This document shows positions 18,510 to 28,762 of a stretch of 64,000 nt of DNA, piece by piece (the first letter of the stretch is position 1; the number at the start of each line of letters is the position of its first letter). The DNA comes from a virus: positions 1 to 64,000 of the IMG/VR virus record IMGVR_UViG_3300046535_001697. One strand, written 5' to 3'. Position numbers and translations under genes: made by a program. Below the pieces are notes generated by a model. It had not been told where the DNA came from and did no database searches. It saw only the letters and a list, made by a program, of their open reading frames with translations.

Positions 18510-19154
18510 TCAGTTCTGTTCGCCGCGCACGTGGTGGATGCCGACGGTGATGGGGCCGGAACCGCCGGTCAGCTGGGCCTCGATGTCGACGGTCATGTCG
18601 GTGTTGATGGCCGCGCCGTGCGCGATCGGACCGACGGTCCACTGCGCGAGGCTGGTGGTGGCGACGACGGTGGAGCCGATCTGGGTGCCGTTGACCTTGA
18701 CCCGGAGGTTGCCGGTCGATCCGGCGCCGGCGAGGATCCAGCCGGACGCGGCGAGCCTCGGGTTGCGGGTGTCGGCGTAGCCGCGCCAGAGGATCTCGTA
18801 GGCGGCGCTGGTGGTGGTGAGCATGTTGCCGGACTTCGCCGGGTACATGGGCACGTCGAAGTAGGGGCGGGCGAGGCCTTGGCCGGCGGGGTCTTCGAGG
18901 ATCAGGGTGTTGCCTGCGGCGTCGCGGACGAGGAGGCCCTGCGGGTCGGCGCTGATCCACAGCCGGACGGTGGTGCCGTCCGCGGACAGGACCTGGATCG
19001 ATCCGTTGCCGGTGATGGTGAGGGCGCCGGCGCCGATGCTCGCGGCTTCGAGGCGGCGGGCCGCCCGCAGCTCCTTGACGTCCTGCTGCAGCGCCTTGAT
19101 GGCCTTCCAGATGTCGCCGGGTGCGGCGGGCAGCATCGCGGTGCGCAGGGGCAT
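18510..19154 (-). CDS. Minor tail protein
   Basis: Position; short coiled coil then beta-rich domain. Confidence 0.75.
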   Translation of the reverse strand: MPLRTAMLPAAPGDIWKAIKALQQDVKELRAARRLEAASIGAGALTITGNGSIQVLSADGTTVRLWISADPQGLLVRDAAGNTLILEDPAGQGLARPYFDVPMYPAKSGNMLTTTSAAYEILWRGYADTRNPRLAASGWILAGAGSTGNLRVKVNGTQIGSTVVATTSLAQWTVGPIAHGAAINTDMTVDIEAQLTGGSGPITVGIHHVRGEQN

Positions 19155-20239
19155 CAGCTGTCCTCCAGGAGGATCGGGGAGAGCCGGTTGGCGCCGGGGT
19201 CGAGGTCCCAGCCGTAGGCGCGGGCGACGCGGTCGATGCCGAGCGGGTGCCGGGGGCTGGTGACGATCTGGACGCGGACGTTGTCGCCGAGGCCCCAGTC
19301 GCTGCCGACGTGGGGGGAGGCGGATGCGGCGGCGCTGACGGTCCAGGAGCGGGTGCCGGTCTGCATGAGGGCGAGGGCTTCGGCGGCGTGCGCGTTGAGC
19401 TGGGTGGTGCTGGTGATGCCGGTGCCGGGGCTGGTGCGGTAGTCCCAGCGGCACCAGCCGCCGAGGATCAGGGCGGAGGCGACCTGGGGTGTGGACAGGG
19501 CTCGGGTTGTGCCCTCGCCCTCGCCGGTGGCCAGGACCTCGGTGGCGCCCTTGCCGTCCTCGAAGGACTCGGTGAGTTCGTACTCCGTGATGTTGCCGGG
19601 CATGTCGAACACGGCTTCCGGCTGCGGGAGCTGGGTGCCGATGGCGGGGTGGATCCGGGTGACGAGCTGCACCTGGGTCTGGGCGGCGTCCGCCCACACG
19701 GTGTCGATGGTGAGCTCCGGCGCGCCTGCCATACCGGCGAGGGTCTGCACCTGGGAGAGCACGGTCTTGTCGTCGCCGTCGGCGGTGGCGTAGTCCATCG
19801 TCGTGCCGGAGGCGACGGTGTCGAGGACCAGGGGCGGGCCGTCGGTCAGGGCGGGGGTGACGAGGGCGGCCATGATGCTGGACAGGTCGGTGGCGGCGGC
19901 GGTGTAGCTGCCGGGGTAGCGGCGGCCGAGGTAGCACTCGGGGGTGGCTGCGGCGAGCTGCAGCTGGTCGGAGGATCCGCCCTTGCGGGTCAGGGTGATG
20001 CCGGACCAGATCGGCTGGCTGGTGGCGGTGTCGACGGCGACCAGCAGGGTGCGGCCCGGATCGGTCGCGGACTCCCATTCGCGGGGGGCGCCCGAGATGG
20101 ACATGCCGAACGTGGTGCTGGTGACGCCGACCAGGCGCCGGCCGATGACCTGGCTGGGGGTGAGGGACCGCAGCTCCTCGGCGACCCGGCCGGACTTGAG
20201 GTCGCACGCCAACCAGGCCAGCTCGACCGGTGCGCGCAT
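19154..20239 (-). CDS. Minor tail (hub/Tal-like) protein
   Basis: PIWSGI, WGLGDNV; position in tail-tip cluster. Confidence 0.8.
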   Translation of the reverse strand: MRAPVELAWLACDLKSGRVAEELRSLTPSQVIGRRLVGVTSTTFGMSISGAPREWESATDPGRTLLVAVDTATSQPIWSGITLTRKGGSSDQLQLAAATPECYLGRRYPGSYTAAATDLSSIMAALVTPALTDGPPLVLDTVASGTTMDYATADGDDKTVLSQVQTLAGMAGAPELTIDTVWADAAQTQVQLVTRIHPAIGTQLPQPEAVFDMPGNITEYELTESFEDGKGATEVLATGEGEGTTRALSTPQVASALILGGWCRWDYRTSPGTGITSTTQLNAHAAEALALMQTGTRSWTVSAAASASPHVGSDWGLGDNVRVQIVTSPRHPLGIDRVARAYGWDLDPGANRLSPILLEDS

Positions 20240-21288
20240 CAGGCGGCCTCGTAGCTGAAGTCGACGACCGCGCGGTCGCTGACGGCCCAGGTGAAGGGCA
20301 CGTTGAGGTTGCTGTTGGCGCCCGCGTTACCGGCGCCGGTGGGGGTGAGCAGGCGCATCACCGACTCCCCGTCGTTGATCCACGGGGTGCCGATCGCGGC
20401 GAAGCCACCGGAATTGTCGTAGGCCGAGAAGCTGCCGGCGATGCTCATCTGGTAGCTGCTGCGGCCAGCCACGGGCAGGGTCCAGGTCCAGGCACCCGTG
20501 CCGAAAGTCGTCGTGGAGCCGGCCACCATCCGGATGTTGCCCAGCACGGTCTTGCCGATGATGGTGTAGCGGGCGCTGATGTTGCCGTTGCCGATGGCCG
20601 GGTTGGTGCCGGTCGCGCACGCCCACGTCGGGGTGAAGGCCTGCCAGTCGCCCTGGGCGACCCACGCGGATCCGGTCCAGAACTCGGGCAGGCCCCGCAC
20701 CGTGTTGTAGCGGGTCTGGCCGACGTAGGCACCGGAGATGGCGATGTCGGCGGCGCTGGAGACGGGCAGGATCCCGCCGGGGGCGACGGTGACCTGCCGC
20801 GCGGCGCTGGAGACGGTGGCCGAGCCGGTGCCACCGGCGCCGGTGTTCGGCACGGTGATGGTGGCCAGCGGGATGTAAATCTCGGTGCCACCCGGGGACG
20901 GTGCGACCGGCGAGCCGGACGGCGTGCCGACCAGGTACACGGTGTCGGCCTTGCGCAGGCCGGACGCGTCGACCGCGGTGTCCCAGACCCGCAGGTACAC
21001 CAGGTCGATGCGGGAGAATGTCGCGTTGGCGGCGGACAGCGTGCCCGGGGACGACGCGGCGAGCTGCGCCCGGTACAGGCCCTGGCCGGACTTGTAGATG
21101 GTGGCGCTGCCGGCGGAGACGTTGACGGTGGTGCCGGCGAGGGTGACCGTGAGGCCCGGGTCGCCGGGGCGGATGCCGGCGCGGGCGCCCTGCGCGGTGC
21201 CGTCGGACATGACGAGCGGGAGGTCCATCTTGCGGAGTTCGGTCTCGTCGTAGCTGATGCTGGGCAGCCACAGGGGATCGGTGGGCAT
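20239..21288 (-). CDS. Minor tail / receptor-binding protein
   Basis: RIDLVYLRVWD, IPLATITVP, ARYTIIGKTV. Confidence 0.8.
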   Translation of the reverse strand: MPTDPLWLPSISYDETELRKMDLPLVMSDGTAQGARAGIRPGDPGLTVTLAGTTVNVSAGSATIYKSGQGLYRAQLAASSPGTLSAANATFSRIDLVYLRVWDTAVDASGLRKADTVYLVGTPSGSPVAPSPGGTEIYIPLATITVPNTGAGGTGSATVSSAARQVTVAPGGILPVSSAADIAISGAYVGQTRYNTVRGLPEFWTGSAWVAQGDWQAFTPTWACATGTNPAIGNGNISARYTIIGKTVLGNIRMVAGSTTTFGTGAWTWTLPVAGRSSYQMSIAGSFSAYDNSGGFAAIGTPWINDGESVMRLLTPTGAGNAGANSNLNVPFTWAVSDRAVVDFSYEAA

Positions 21289-21300
21289 CTCGGCTCCTCT

Positions 21301-22167
21301 CTACAGCCAGGCGGCGCGGCAGGTGCCGGTGAGCAGGGCGGCGGGGTCGTAGGACGACGCTGACCACAGGAAGGTCAGCTGGCTGCCGGCGGGGATCTCC
21401 GGCCAGGTGCCGGAGAGGTAGCGGCGGCGGCTGGTGGTGCCGTTGAGGATGACGCTGTGCGCATCGCAGTCGATGACGAGGACCTCGCCGGCCTGGAGGG
21501 TGTCGGCGTAGGCGAGCTGGGTGACGGTGCCGTCCGGGCGCTGGGCGAGGATCGTCGGTGAGGCGACCGGCCCGGTGATGGTGAGGACCGGCCGGGTCGC
21601 GGCCGTTCCCGGGTTGGTGAGGACGACGGAGCCGGACACGGTGGTCGCGGTGATCGTGATCGGCAGTGTGATCGGCAGGCTGAGGCCGCCGGACACCGAC
21701 GGCAGGCCCACGCTCTGGGACTGCAGCGTGGTCGCGTACTTGCGCGGGTCGGCGGCGGTCAGCAGGACCGAGTAGTTGGCGATGCGGTCGGTGGGCCGGT
21801 CGATCAGGACCCGGCCCGACCGGCGGACCGTGCACTGCCTGGGGGTGGTCTCGTAGACGACGAGCAGCGTGTCGTCGAGGGATGCGGCGGCCTGGAGGCT
21901 GTCGAGTGCAGCCTCCAGGGTTGCCTGGTCCGGGGCGACGATGGCGCCGCCCGCGGTGAGCACCCGGGACTGGAGGTACGCCTTGCCGGCCCAGGAGCCG
22001 TGGTCGGCCTGCCGGTCCGAGTACGAGGTGCGGACATCGGGGCTGTCCCAGCCGTCGAGCTTGGACAGGCCCCAGGCGGTGCCGGCGCCGTCCACCGCCC
22101 CGAGGCGGACGGCGCCGAGGTCGGCCTGGATCCCGCCGAGGGACGCACCGGGGGTGTAACCGGCCAC
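21301..22167 (-). CDS. Distal tail protein (Dit-like)
   Basis: Directly after TMP; LTAADPRKY, NPGTAATRP. Confidence 0.82.
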   Translation of the reverse strand: MAGYTPGASLGGIQADLGAVRLGAVDGAGTAWGLSKLDGWDSPDVRTSYSDRQADHGSWAGKAYLQSRVLTAGGAIVAPDQATLEAALDSLQAAASLDDTLLVVYETTPRQCTVRRSGRVLIDRPTDRIANYSVLLTAADPRKYATTLQSQSVGLPSVSGGLSLPITLPITITATTVSGSVVLTNPGTAATRPVLTITGPVASPTILAQRPDGTVTQLAYADTLQAGEVLVIDCDAHSVILNGTTSRRRYLSGTWPEIPAGSQLTFLWSASSYDPAALLTGTCRAAWL

Positions 22168-22183
22168 GCGGGCCCCCTCTCTT

Positions 22184-25100
22184 TCAGCTGACGGTCTCCA
22201 GGTGCCGCAGCACGTCGGCGAGTTGCTCCTGCGCGGACTGCTTCGCCCCGTGCAGGTGGACGTGCTGGGTGCGGGACTGGTCGTAGGTGGCGCCGGATCC
22301 CCCCGCGCCGACGAGCTGCCGGGCGGGGATGAGGTCCCGCCCCAGCGGGGCGAGCTGCATCCCGAACCGCTCGGCGACTTGGGCGAGGATGCTCATGGAG
22401 CGGTCCCGCTTGCCCGGGGCGAGCGGGATGTAGGCCTCGCCGCCGGTCTCCGGTTCGGCCCACAGTCGCCAGGCGCCCGCAGGGGCGATCTGGGCGACGT
22501 GGTGCTCGCCGCCGGAGGCGAAGGAGCGGATGCCGCCCTGTCCGTAGCGGACGATGCCGCCGTCGGCCTCGGCGAGGCGGGCTTGGCCCTTGCCGCCGAC
22601 GAAGATGGTCTCGCCGGTGATGGTGACCCGGACGGTGCGGCCCGTGATCCCGTTGATCATGTGTTGGATCGAGGTGGCCCCGTCGAAGGCGTCGTTCGTC
22701 GGCACGGTGACGCGGACCTTGCCGTTCGGCAGGTGGGTGACGGTGTACCCGATGGCTTCCAGGTCGCCGATGGCCTGCTCGTTGGGGGCCTTGACGTCGA
22801 TGTGCTTGCCCGGCGGGACGTCCTCGACGGCCTTCTTGACGGCCTGCAGGTCGGCGATCGTCTTCAGCGCCTCGGGGTCGGTGACCTTGGTGGCCACCGT
22901 CTCGGGCACAGAGGCGTAGGCCGCGGTCAGGGAGTCGATCTGGTCCTTGGTGAAGTGGGCCTGCTGCATCGTCTGCTTGAGCATGTCGATGTCGTGGCCG
23001 AGGACGATGTTCGCTTCCTCGGTCGACCCGGTCTGCTTGGACACCGCCTCGGCGTGCTTCATGGCCGCCTCGGCCGCACTGAGGAAGGCGTCCTTGACGT
23101 TGCGGCCCTTCTCGGTGGTGATGTCCAGGCTGGTGCCGTTCTCCTGCACGGTCTTCTTGAGGTCGGCGAGCGAGGACTGCATGCTGATGGCGGCCTTGGT
23201 GGCGTCGATGTTCTTGCCGTTGAGGCCGTCCAGGGCGTCGGAGAGCTTCTCCGTCTCGGACCGGGTGTCCTTCATGTCGTCGGCCGTGGCGGTGGCCGCG
23301 CTTCCCAGCGCCTTCGTGCTGCCAGCCGCGTCCGCGGAGGCCTCGCCCTCGCGCTGCGCGGCCGCCACGGCACTGTTGACCTGCGGATTGAGGGACTTCA
23401 GGGCATCCTCGACCGAGGTGACCGACTTGCCGAGGTCGTCCTGCCCCGAGTTGGCGTCGCCGGCTGCCTGGGCGTAGTCCAGGGCGGCCTGCTTGGCCGG
23501 GCCGAGCTGGGCATTGACCCGCTTGAGGGCGTCCTCGTTGCCGAGGATCGCCGCAGTCAGGTCGGCGGTGTTGATCCCGAGGTCCTGCGCGGCCTTCAGC
23601 GCGCCGCGGGTCTCCAACTCGTGGGCCACCCACGCCTTCGTGTTGGAGCCGACTGCGGCGCCGTCCGCCTTAACCGCCGCGGTGAGGTCCTCGGTCTGCT
23701 TCTTCGCGTCCGAGTTCGCCCCGCCGAAGATGCCCAGCGCCACTGTGGCCACCGTGAGGGCGATCCCGAGCGGGCCCAGCGCGCGCATCGTGAGTGAGGC
23801 CGCGGTGGCCATCCGTGGCATCGTCGTTGCCAGTGTCGCGAGGGAGGTCTGGAAGGCGGCGATGCGCGGCAGCAGCAGCAGGAAGCCGCCGCCGACCACC
23901 GCGAGTGCGCCGCCGAGAAGGAGCAGGCCTGCGGCCGACGCCTGGGCCCAACCGGGCAGCGCCGCGTAGGCGGTAACGACCGCGTTGACCGTCTGGACCA
24001 TCTCGCGGAGGATCTTGTTCGCCTCCGTGCCCGACTGGATCAGGGCCACCTCCAGGCTGCCCTTGAGGTACTGGAGGTCACCGGCGAGATTGTTCATCTG
24101 GACACCGGCCATCCTCGCGGCGGCCCCGTTGTCATCGACCGCCTTGCGGTACTCGGTGATGCCCAGCGAGCCCTGCTCGTACAGGATCGAGGCGGCACGG
24201 ACCGCGTCCGAGCCGAAAATAATGCCCATGGCGGAGTTGCGGGCCTCGGGGGTAAGCGTGGCGAAGGAGCGCTGCATGCGGGCGGACAGCTCGGTCAGGC
24301 CAACGAAGTTGCCCTGCGCGTCGTACGCACTGAAGTTGAGCTTGGCCATCATGTTCGCGGCCTCGGTGGACTGCGGGGTCAACCTCTGCAGCATGGTTTT
24401 GAGGCTGGTACCGGCGTCAGAGCCGATCAAAGCATGATCGGCAAAAGCGGACAGGACAGCGACCGTGTCCTCCAGGGACAGGCCCGTCTGGTGCGCGAGC
24501 AGGCCGCCCATGCGCAGGGACTCGCCAAGTCCGTGCACGTCGGACGCCGACTTGTTGGCGCCGGCCGCCAGGACATCGGCGATGTGCGTGACGTCCGCGC
24601 CCTTCAGCCCAAACGTATTCATGGCCTGCGCCGCAATGGTGGCGCTCTCGCCAAGGCTCAGCTGCCCGGCCGCAGCGAGCGAGAGGGCACCGGTGAGCGC
24701 ACCTCCGACGATGTCCGACACCGAGACACCCGCGCGCGCAAGCTCACCCTCCGCGTCGGCTGCCTGACTGGCGGTGAATGCCGTGTCACGTCCCGCGGCC
24801 AGGGCCGCATCGCGGAGCTGGGCCATCTGCTCGGACGTGGCATCGGCGACCGCACCCACGCCCGACATGGCCTTCTCGAAGCGCGCCGCCTCAAACGACG
24901 CGGCCGCGAACATGGCGAGCATGGCGAGGCCGGCCGTGCGGATGCCGGTGAGCGACTTCTCGGCCTGCGTGCCCGCAGCAGCGAGCCGCGTGAACGAGGA
25001 CGTCTGGGCGGCGGCGCCCGCGGCCAGACCGGTCTGCTGGGCGATAAGCGCCTGACTGACAGCCAGCCGGTTCGCCAGCGACAGCTGGGTGCCCGCGGCG

Positions 25101-25825
25101 GCCGCAGCCGTCGCGGCGGTCATCCGCCCATCGGCCGCGACAACCGCCGCCGCCGCCGCCGTGGCCGACGTGGCAATGCCCTCCGAAGCGCGCGCAGCGA
25201 TGGTGGCCGCCGACGCGAACGCGGTCGGCACACCGGCGGTGACCTCGGTCAGGCGCGCCATCCCGGTGGTGGCGGTCTGGGAGGCGGCCGCGGTCCGGGT
25301 GAACGCTGCGCCCTGCACGGCCGCACTGGACGTGGTGGCCGCCGCGAGGGTGGTCTGCTGGGCGACGAGGGCCTGACCGGCGACCAGGCGCTGCGCGAGG
25401 GAGGCCTGCATGCCGGTCGCGGCCGCAACGGACGCCTCCGACATGCGGGTCTCCGCGGCGACCACCGAGTTCGCCGCCGCGGTCGCGGAGGTGGCCATAC
25501 CTCCAAGGGCCCGCTCGGTCAGAGTGGCCGCCGAAGCGAACGCCGTCGGCACACCCTCCGCGGCCTCCGCGAGCCGGGCCACGCTCCCCGATGTCGCCCG
25601 CACCGACTCCTGCGTCGCCCGGCCGGAGGCCTGAGCAACCGCCGCGGTGCGCTCCATGGCCCGCTGCGAGGCGACCGCCGCCGACTGGAACGCGTTCTGC
25701 TGCTCCGTGCCGGCCACGGTCGCGGCCTGCCCGACCCGCCGCATGGACTGCTCGGACTGGACCGCCGTCCGCTGCGCCCCGGAGTTGTCGAGATTGAGGC
25801 GGACGTTGACGGTGCGGTCAGTCAC
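22184..25825 (-). CDS. Tape measure protein
   Basis: About 1213 aa Ala-rich; AGTSLKTML, FGSDA, WAEPETGGEAYIPL. Confidence 0.93.
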   Translation of the reverse strand: MTDRTVNVRLNLDNSGAQRTAVQSEQSMRRVGQAATVAGTEQQNAFQSAAVASQRAMERTAAVAQASGRATQESVRATSGSVARLAEAAEGVPTAFASAATLTERALGGMATSATAAANSVVAAETRMSEASVAAATGMQASLAQRLVAGQALVAQQTTLAAATTSSAAVQGAAFTRTAAASQTATTGMARLTEVTAGVPTAFASAATIAARASEGIATSATAAAAAVVAADGRMTAATAAAAAGTQLSLANRLAVSQALIAQQTGLAAGAAAQTSSFTRLAAAGTQAEKSLTGIRTAGLAMLAMFAAASFEAARFEKAMSGVGAVADATSEQMAQLRDAALAAGRDTAFTASQAADAEGELARAGVSVSDIVGGALTGALSLAAAGQLSLGESATIAAQAMNTFGLKGADVTHIADVLAAGANKSASDVHGLGESLRMGGLLAHQTGLSLEDTVAVLSAFADHALIGSDAGTSLKTMLQRLTPQSTEAANMMAKLNFSAYDAQGNFVGLTELSARMQRSFATLTPEARNSAMGIIFGSDAVRAASILYEQGSLGITEYRKAVDDNGAAARMAGVQMNNLAGDLQYLKGSLEVALIQSGTEANKILREMVQTVNAVVTAYAALPGWAQASAAGLLLLGGALAVVGGGFLLLLPRIAAFQTSLATLATTMPRMATAASLTMRALGPLGIALTVATVALGIFGGANSDAKKQTEDLTAAVKADGAAVGSNTKAWVAHELETRGALKAAQDLGINTADLTAAILGNEDALKRVNAQLGPAKQAALDYAQAAGDANSGQDDLGKSVTSVEDALKSLNPQVNSAVAAAQREGEASADAAGSTKALGSAATATADDMKDTRSETEKLSDALDGLNGKNIDATKAAISMQSSLADLKKTVQENGTSLDITTEKGRNVKDAFLSAAEAAMKHAEAVSKQTGSTEEANIVLGHDIDMLKQTMQQAHFTKDQIDSLTAAYASVPETVATKVTDPEALKTIADLQAVKKAVEDVPPGKHIDVKAPNEQAIGDLEAIGYTVTHLPNGKVRVTVPTNDAFDGATSIQHMINGITGRTVRVTITGETIFVGGKGQARLAEADGGIVRYGQGGIRSFASGGEHHVAQIAPAGAWRLWAEPETGGEAYIPLAPGKRDRSMSILAQVAERFGMQLAPLGRDLIPARQLVGAGGSGATYDQSRTQHVHLHGAKQSAQEQLADVLRHLETVS

Positions 25826-26187
25826 GGCTTCTCCTCCCGGTGGACGTGGATGTTCAGGCCGTGCTGGTCGCCGCCGGCCTTCTGCCACTGCTCGGCGTGG
25901 CGGCTGCCGGCGGCGCAGGCGTGGCAGCGCAGGACCTCGGGGGTCCACTGGAACTCGAGGTCCGGGCTTGTCGATTCGGACAGGGGGTTGCCGCAGCCGC
26001 GGCAGGTCTCCTCCTCGACGACGAGGAGGGCCATGGCCCAGGCCCGGTCGTCGTCGAGCCACAGCGGCTCCCCCGGGCCGGGCAGCGGCCGGCCGAGGAA
26101 GACGGAGCGGGGCACGGACCAGGCCCGGGCGGCCTCTACCTCTCGCCGGTGCTGGCGGCTGTTGCGGAGGCGAGCAGCGAGAAAGGG
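25822..26187 (-). CDS. Tail assembly chaperone, -1 frameshift extension (gpGT-like)
   Basis: -1 frame from slippery CCCTTTC, ends overlapping TMP start; CRGC/CHAC. Confidence 0.8.
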   Translation of the reverse strand, partial: PFLAARLRNSRQHRREVEAARAWSVPRSVFLGRPLPGPGEPLWLDDDRAWAMALLVVEEETCRGCGNPLSESTSPDLEFQWTPEVLRCHACAAGSRHAEQWQKAGGDQHGLNIHVHREEKP

Positions 26188-26669
26188 ACCTTGGACACCG
26201 CCTGGGTGTTGAGGTCCCAGACGGCGTTGACGAGGGCTTCCTGCTGGCCGTAGGTGAGGCGCTCGGCGAGGCGGCCGTACTGCTCGACGGTCATGGCCGG
26301 TTCGACGGCGCAGGCGGCGACGGCGGCGGGGGCGAGTGTGTCGGGGTTGAACAGCTGCCCGTCGCGGCCGGGGTGTTCGGCCAGCAGGTCGGACCACTGG
26401 GTGGGGCTGATGGCCCGGAACCGGAAGTGGACGAGCTGGTCGGCCATCTCGGCGCGGATGGCCTCCATGCGCTGGGCGATCGGTACCCGCGGGTTGCCCG
26501 CGAGGGAGTCGCCGACCATGGAGGCCGCGTCGGTGAGCTGCCGCTCGAGGGCCTCGTACTCGCCCTGGAGGTCGCCGGCCAGGCACAGCGGGACGGTGGT
26601 CTCGCGGGGCTTGGCGCTGCCGATGATGGCTTCGATGTCCGGGACGGCCGGGTTGCGCTTCTGGGGCAT
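26136..26669 (-). CDS. Tail assembly chaperone (gpG-like)
   Basis: Between major tail and TMP genes. Confidence 0.85.
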   Translation of the reverse strand: MPQKRNPAVPDIEAIIGSAKPRETTVPLCLAGDLQGEYEALERQLTDAASMVGDSLAGNPRVPIAQRMEAIRAEMADQLVHFRFRAISPTQWSDLLAEHPGRDGQLFNPDTLAPAAVAACAVEPAMTVEQYGRLAERLTYGQQEALVNAVWDLNTQAVSKVPFSLLASATAASTGER

Positions 26670-27148
26670 CAGGCCACCGACGCGTTCGTCGCCGGCGGGC
26701 TGTAGACCATCATCGGCGAGGTGAACTTCAGCACCTCGTTGGGTGCGGAAGGCTTGTTCATGCGCTCGCCGCACACGGTCGGGTAGACCTCGACCTGCTG
26801 GCCGGTGGTCCACGCGGTGGTGTAGGTGACGGCGCGGCGCACGATGAGGTAGCCGCGGGTTCCCTTGACCAGGGTGGTGTAGGGCAGGTCCTCGGCGCCG
26901 GTGGTGCCGCGCTTGAGGGTGAGCTCGTTGGCGAACTTGGTGCGGCCGACGTCCTCGGTGTCGTACGTCGAGGCGAGCGAGCTGGTGTCGACCGAGGCGG
27001 TGGTGGGGTCGGTCTTGAGGCCGTCGGGGGTGACGCGGGTGGTGAAGTCCAGGGCCGCGTTGAGCTCGGTGGTGGTGGGGGCGTTGATGTTGGCGATGCT
27101 CGTGGCCCAGACCACCCGGGTCTGGCCGTCGCCGATGAGGTCGGACAT
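26669..27148 (-). CDS. Major tail protein
   Basis: APTTTELN, GYLIVRR, QVEVYP; AGGAGG RBS. Confidence 0.88.
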   Translation of the reverse strand: MSDLIGDGQTRVVWATSIANINAPTTTELNAALDFTTRVTPDGLKTDPTTASVDTSSLASTYDTEDVGRTKFANELTLKRGTTGAEDLPYTTLVKGTRGYLIVRRAVTYTTAWTTGQQVEVYPTVCGERMNKPSAPNEVLKFTSPMMVYSPPATNASVA

Positions 27149-27218
27149 GCGTGCCCTCCTGGGCGTGAGAAAACCCCCGGACCCGGTGCGGGTGCGAGGG
27201 CTTGGGTGGGGGTCTGGG

Positions 27219-27548
27219 TCAGATGCGGATCAGGGCGACGGTGACGCTCGTCGTCGACGAGTACGTGACCGCGCAGGTGCCGTCGGCCGGGTTGGCGAAC
27301 AGCTCGGCCGGGATCGGGCCGATCATCTTGTCGCCGGTGGTGGCGGGCACGGTGACGACGGTGTCGGCCGCGCCCTGGCCGCGGACCTTGGCGGTGGCGG
27401 TCAGGGTCACCGTCATGGACGAGCCGTTGGTGTTCTTGACGTGCAGGAAGATGTGCTCGCCGCACGGCACCGTGGTGCTCGCGGCGGCGGCCGAGTAGGT
27501 GGGGGCCGTACCGGCAATGGTCACGACCTGGGGCTGCAGCAGAGCCAT
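27219..27548 (-). CDS. Small virion-associated protein
   Basis: Beta-rich, in structural operon. Confidence 0.7.
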   Translation of the reverse strand: MALLQPQVVTIAGTAPTYSAAAASTTVPCGEHIFLHVKNTNGSSMTVTLTATAKVRGQGAADTVVTVPATTGDKMIGPIPAELFANPADGTCAVTYSSTTSVTVALIRI

Positions 27549-27561
27549 CGGGGGTCTCCGT

Positions 27562-27972
27562 TCAGGCGGATAGGGAGCGAAGCCGGTACTGCACCGGCAG
27601 GTACCACAGGGGCTTGGTCAGGTCGTCGTCGCGCTGTTCGGGCGGCCCGCCGAGGAGTTCCGGCTTCCAGCAGGCGCGCCCGTCGACCGTGAGCGGGTCG
27701 GCGAGGGCGGCGGCGACCCGGTCCCTGGTCCCGATGGCGCCCTCGGCGGTGGTGGCCACGCACGTGACCTGCACCAGGAGGTCCAGCACGGTGCGGTCGT
27801 CGGCCAGGGAGGCCGCCTCGACCGTGCCCGGGGCGGAGTACAGCACCGCGTAGGTCTTGGGCAGCGGGTCCGGGCCGCGGGGCGCACCGGCGAGGTAGAC
27901 GGTCAGCGGGACGGCCTCGAGGACCGCGGTGACGGCGGCGATGTGCGGCAGGACCTCGGGCGCGGTGGTCAC
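27562..27972 (-). CDS. Tail terminator
   Basis: YAVLY..PG, VQVTCVA; synteny. Confidence 0.72.
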   Translation of the reverse strand: MTTAPEVLPHIAAVTAVLEAVPLTVYLAGAPRGPDPLPKTYAVLYSAPGTVEAASLADDRTVLDLLVQVTCVATTAEGAIGTRDRVAAALADPLTVDGRACWKPELLGGPPEQRDDDLTKPLWYLPVQYRLRSLSA

Positions 27973-28355
27973 AGGAGGTCACCCCCGAGCTGTTCGACCG
28001 CGGCGATGAACCGCGGTTCTTCGGCGGCGAGGGCGCGGCCGCCGTCGTTGTGCGGCGGGTTGTGGGCGGAGCCGTACTCGAGCAAGTTGCCGAGCGGGCC
28101 CTGGGGGCCGGCCTTGTCGGGTCCGATGACGGCGCCGACGCCGACGCCCGGGATGGTGACCGGGTCGTCGTAGCCGATGGACAGCGGGTACAGGCGGGCG
28201 TGGGCGCCTGCGGTGGCGCGGGCGTTGGCCCGCCAGTCCCGCTTGATGTTGAGGGCGCCGCGGGCGACGACCTGGCGGCAGCGCTCGTCGAGGGTGGCTG
28301 CGGCCCGGGCGAGGTCGGCGGCGAACGCCTCGAGTTCCCTGATGTCCGCGGTCAT
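27969..28355 (-). CDS. HK97 gp10-like neck protein
   Basis: GNLLEYGS..NPPH. Confidence 0.75.
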   Translation of the reverse strand: MTADIRELEAFAADLARAAATLDERCRQVVARGALNIKRDWRANARATAGAHARLYPLSIGYDDPVTIPGVGVGAVIGPDKAGPQGPLGNLLEYGSAHNPPHNDGGRALAAEEPRFIAAVEQLGGDLL

Positions 28356-28762
28356 GAGCGGTCCTCCACGACGATGCGCCAGGCGGTAGCCGTCGCGGAC
28401 TCGCCGAGGCTGGTCACCCACAGGACGAGGCCGGACAGGCGCGGGTCCGGGGAGGCGGTGACGGTGGCCCGGTCGTCGGGCAGGACCCGGGCGGCGACGG
28501 CCGGTACCGAGGTCCACGGCAGGGCGACCTCGTAGCGGCGGATGACGACGGCCCGCTCGCCCGCCCGGATGTCCTGGCTGTGGGCGATGAGCGGCTTGAC
28601 CCGGGCCGGGCCCGAGTACAGGACCTGCGCCGGGCCCTCGCCGGTGTCGCCGGTCACCGGGTCGTAGACGTCGGGGGCGGGCCGCTCGAGACGGATCGTG
28701 TCGACCATGAGCTGCTCGTGGGCCGCCCGCCCGGCGGCGAGCAGCGCGTCCAGGGCGCTCAC
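28352..28762 (-). CDS. Head-to-tail stopper (DUF6093-like)
   Basis: LMVDTIRL, YDPVTG, LYSGPARV. Confidence 0.75.
   Translation of the reverse strand: MSALDALLAAGRAAHEQLMVDTIRLERPAPDVYDPVTGDTGEGPAQVLYSGPARVKPLIAHSQDIRAGERAVVIRRYEVALPWTSVPAVAARVLPDDRATVTASPDPRLSGLVLWVTSLGESATATAWRIVVEDRS

Noticed and set aside
16057-18780. 907-aa plus-strand ORF and similar long antisense ORFs
   Set aside because: Opposite well-supported late genes, with no RBS or motifs
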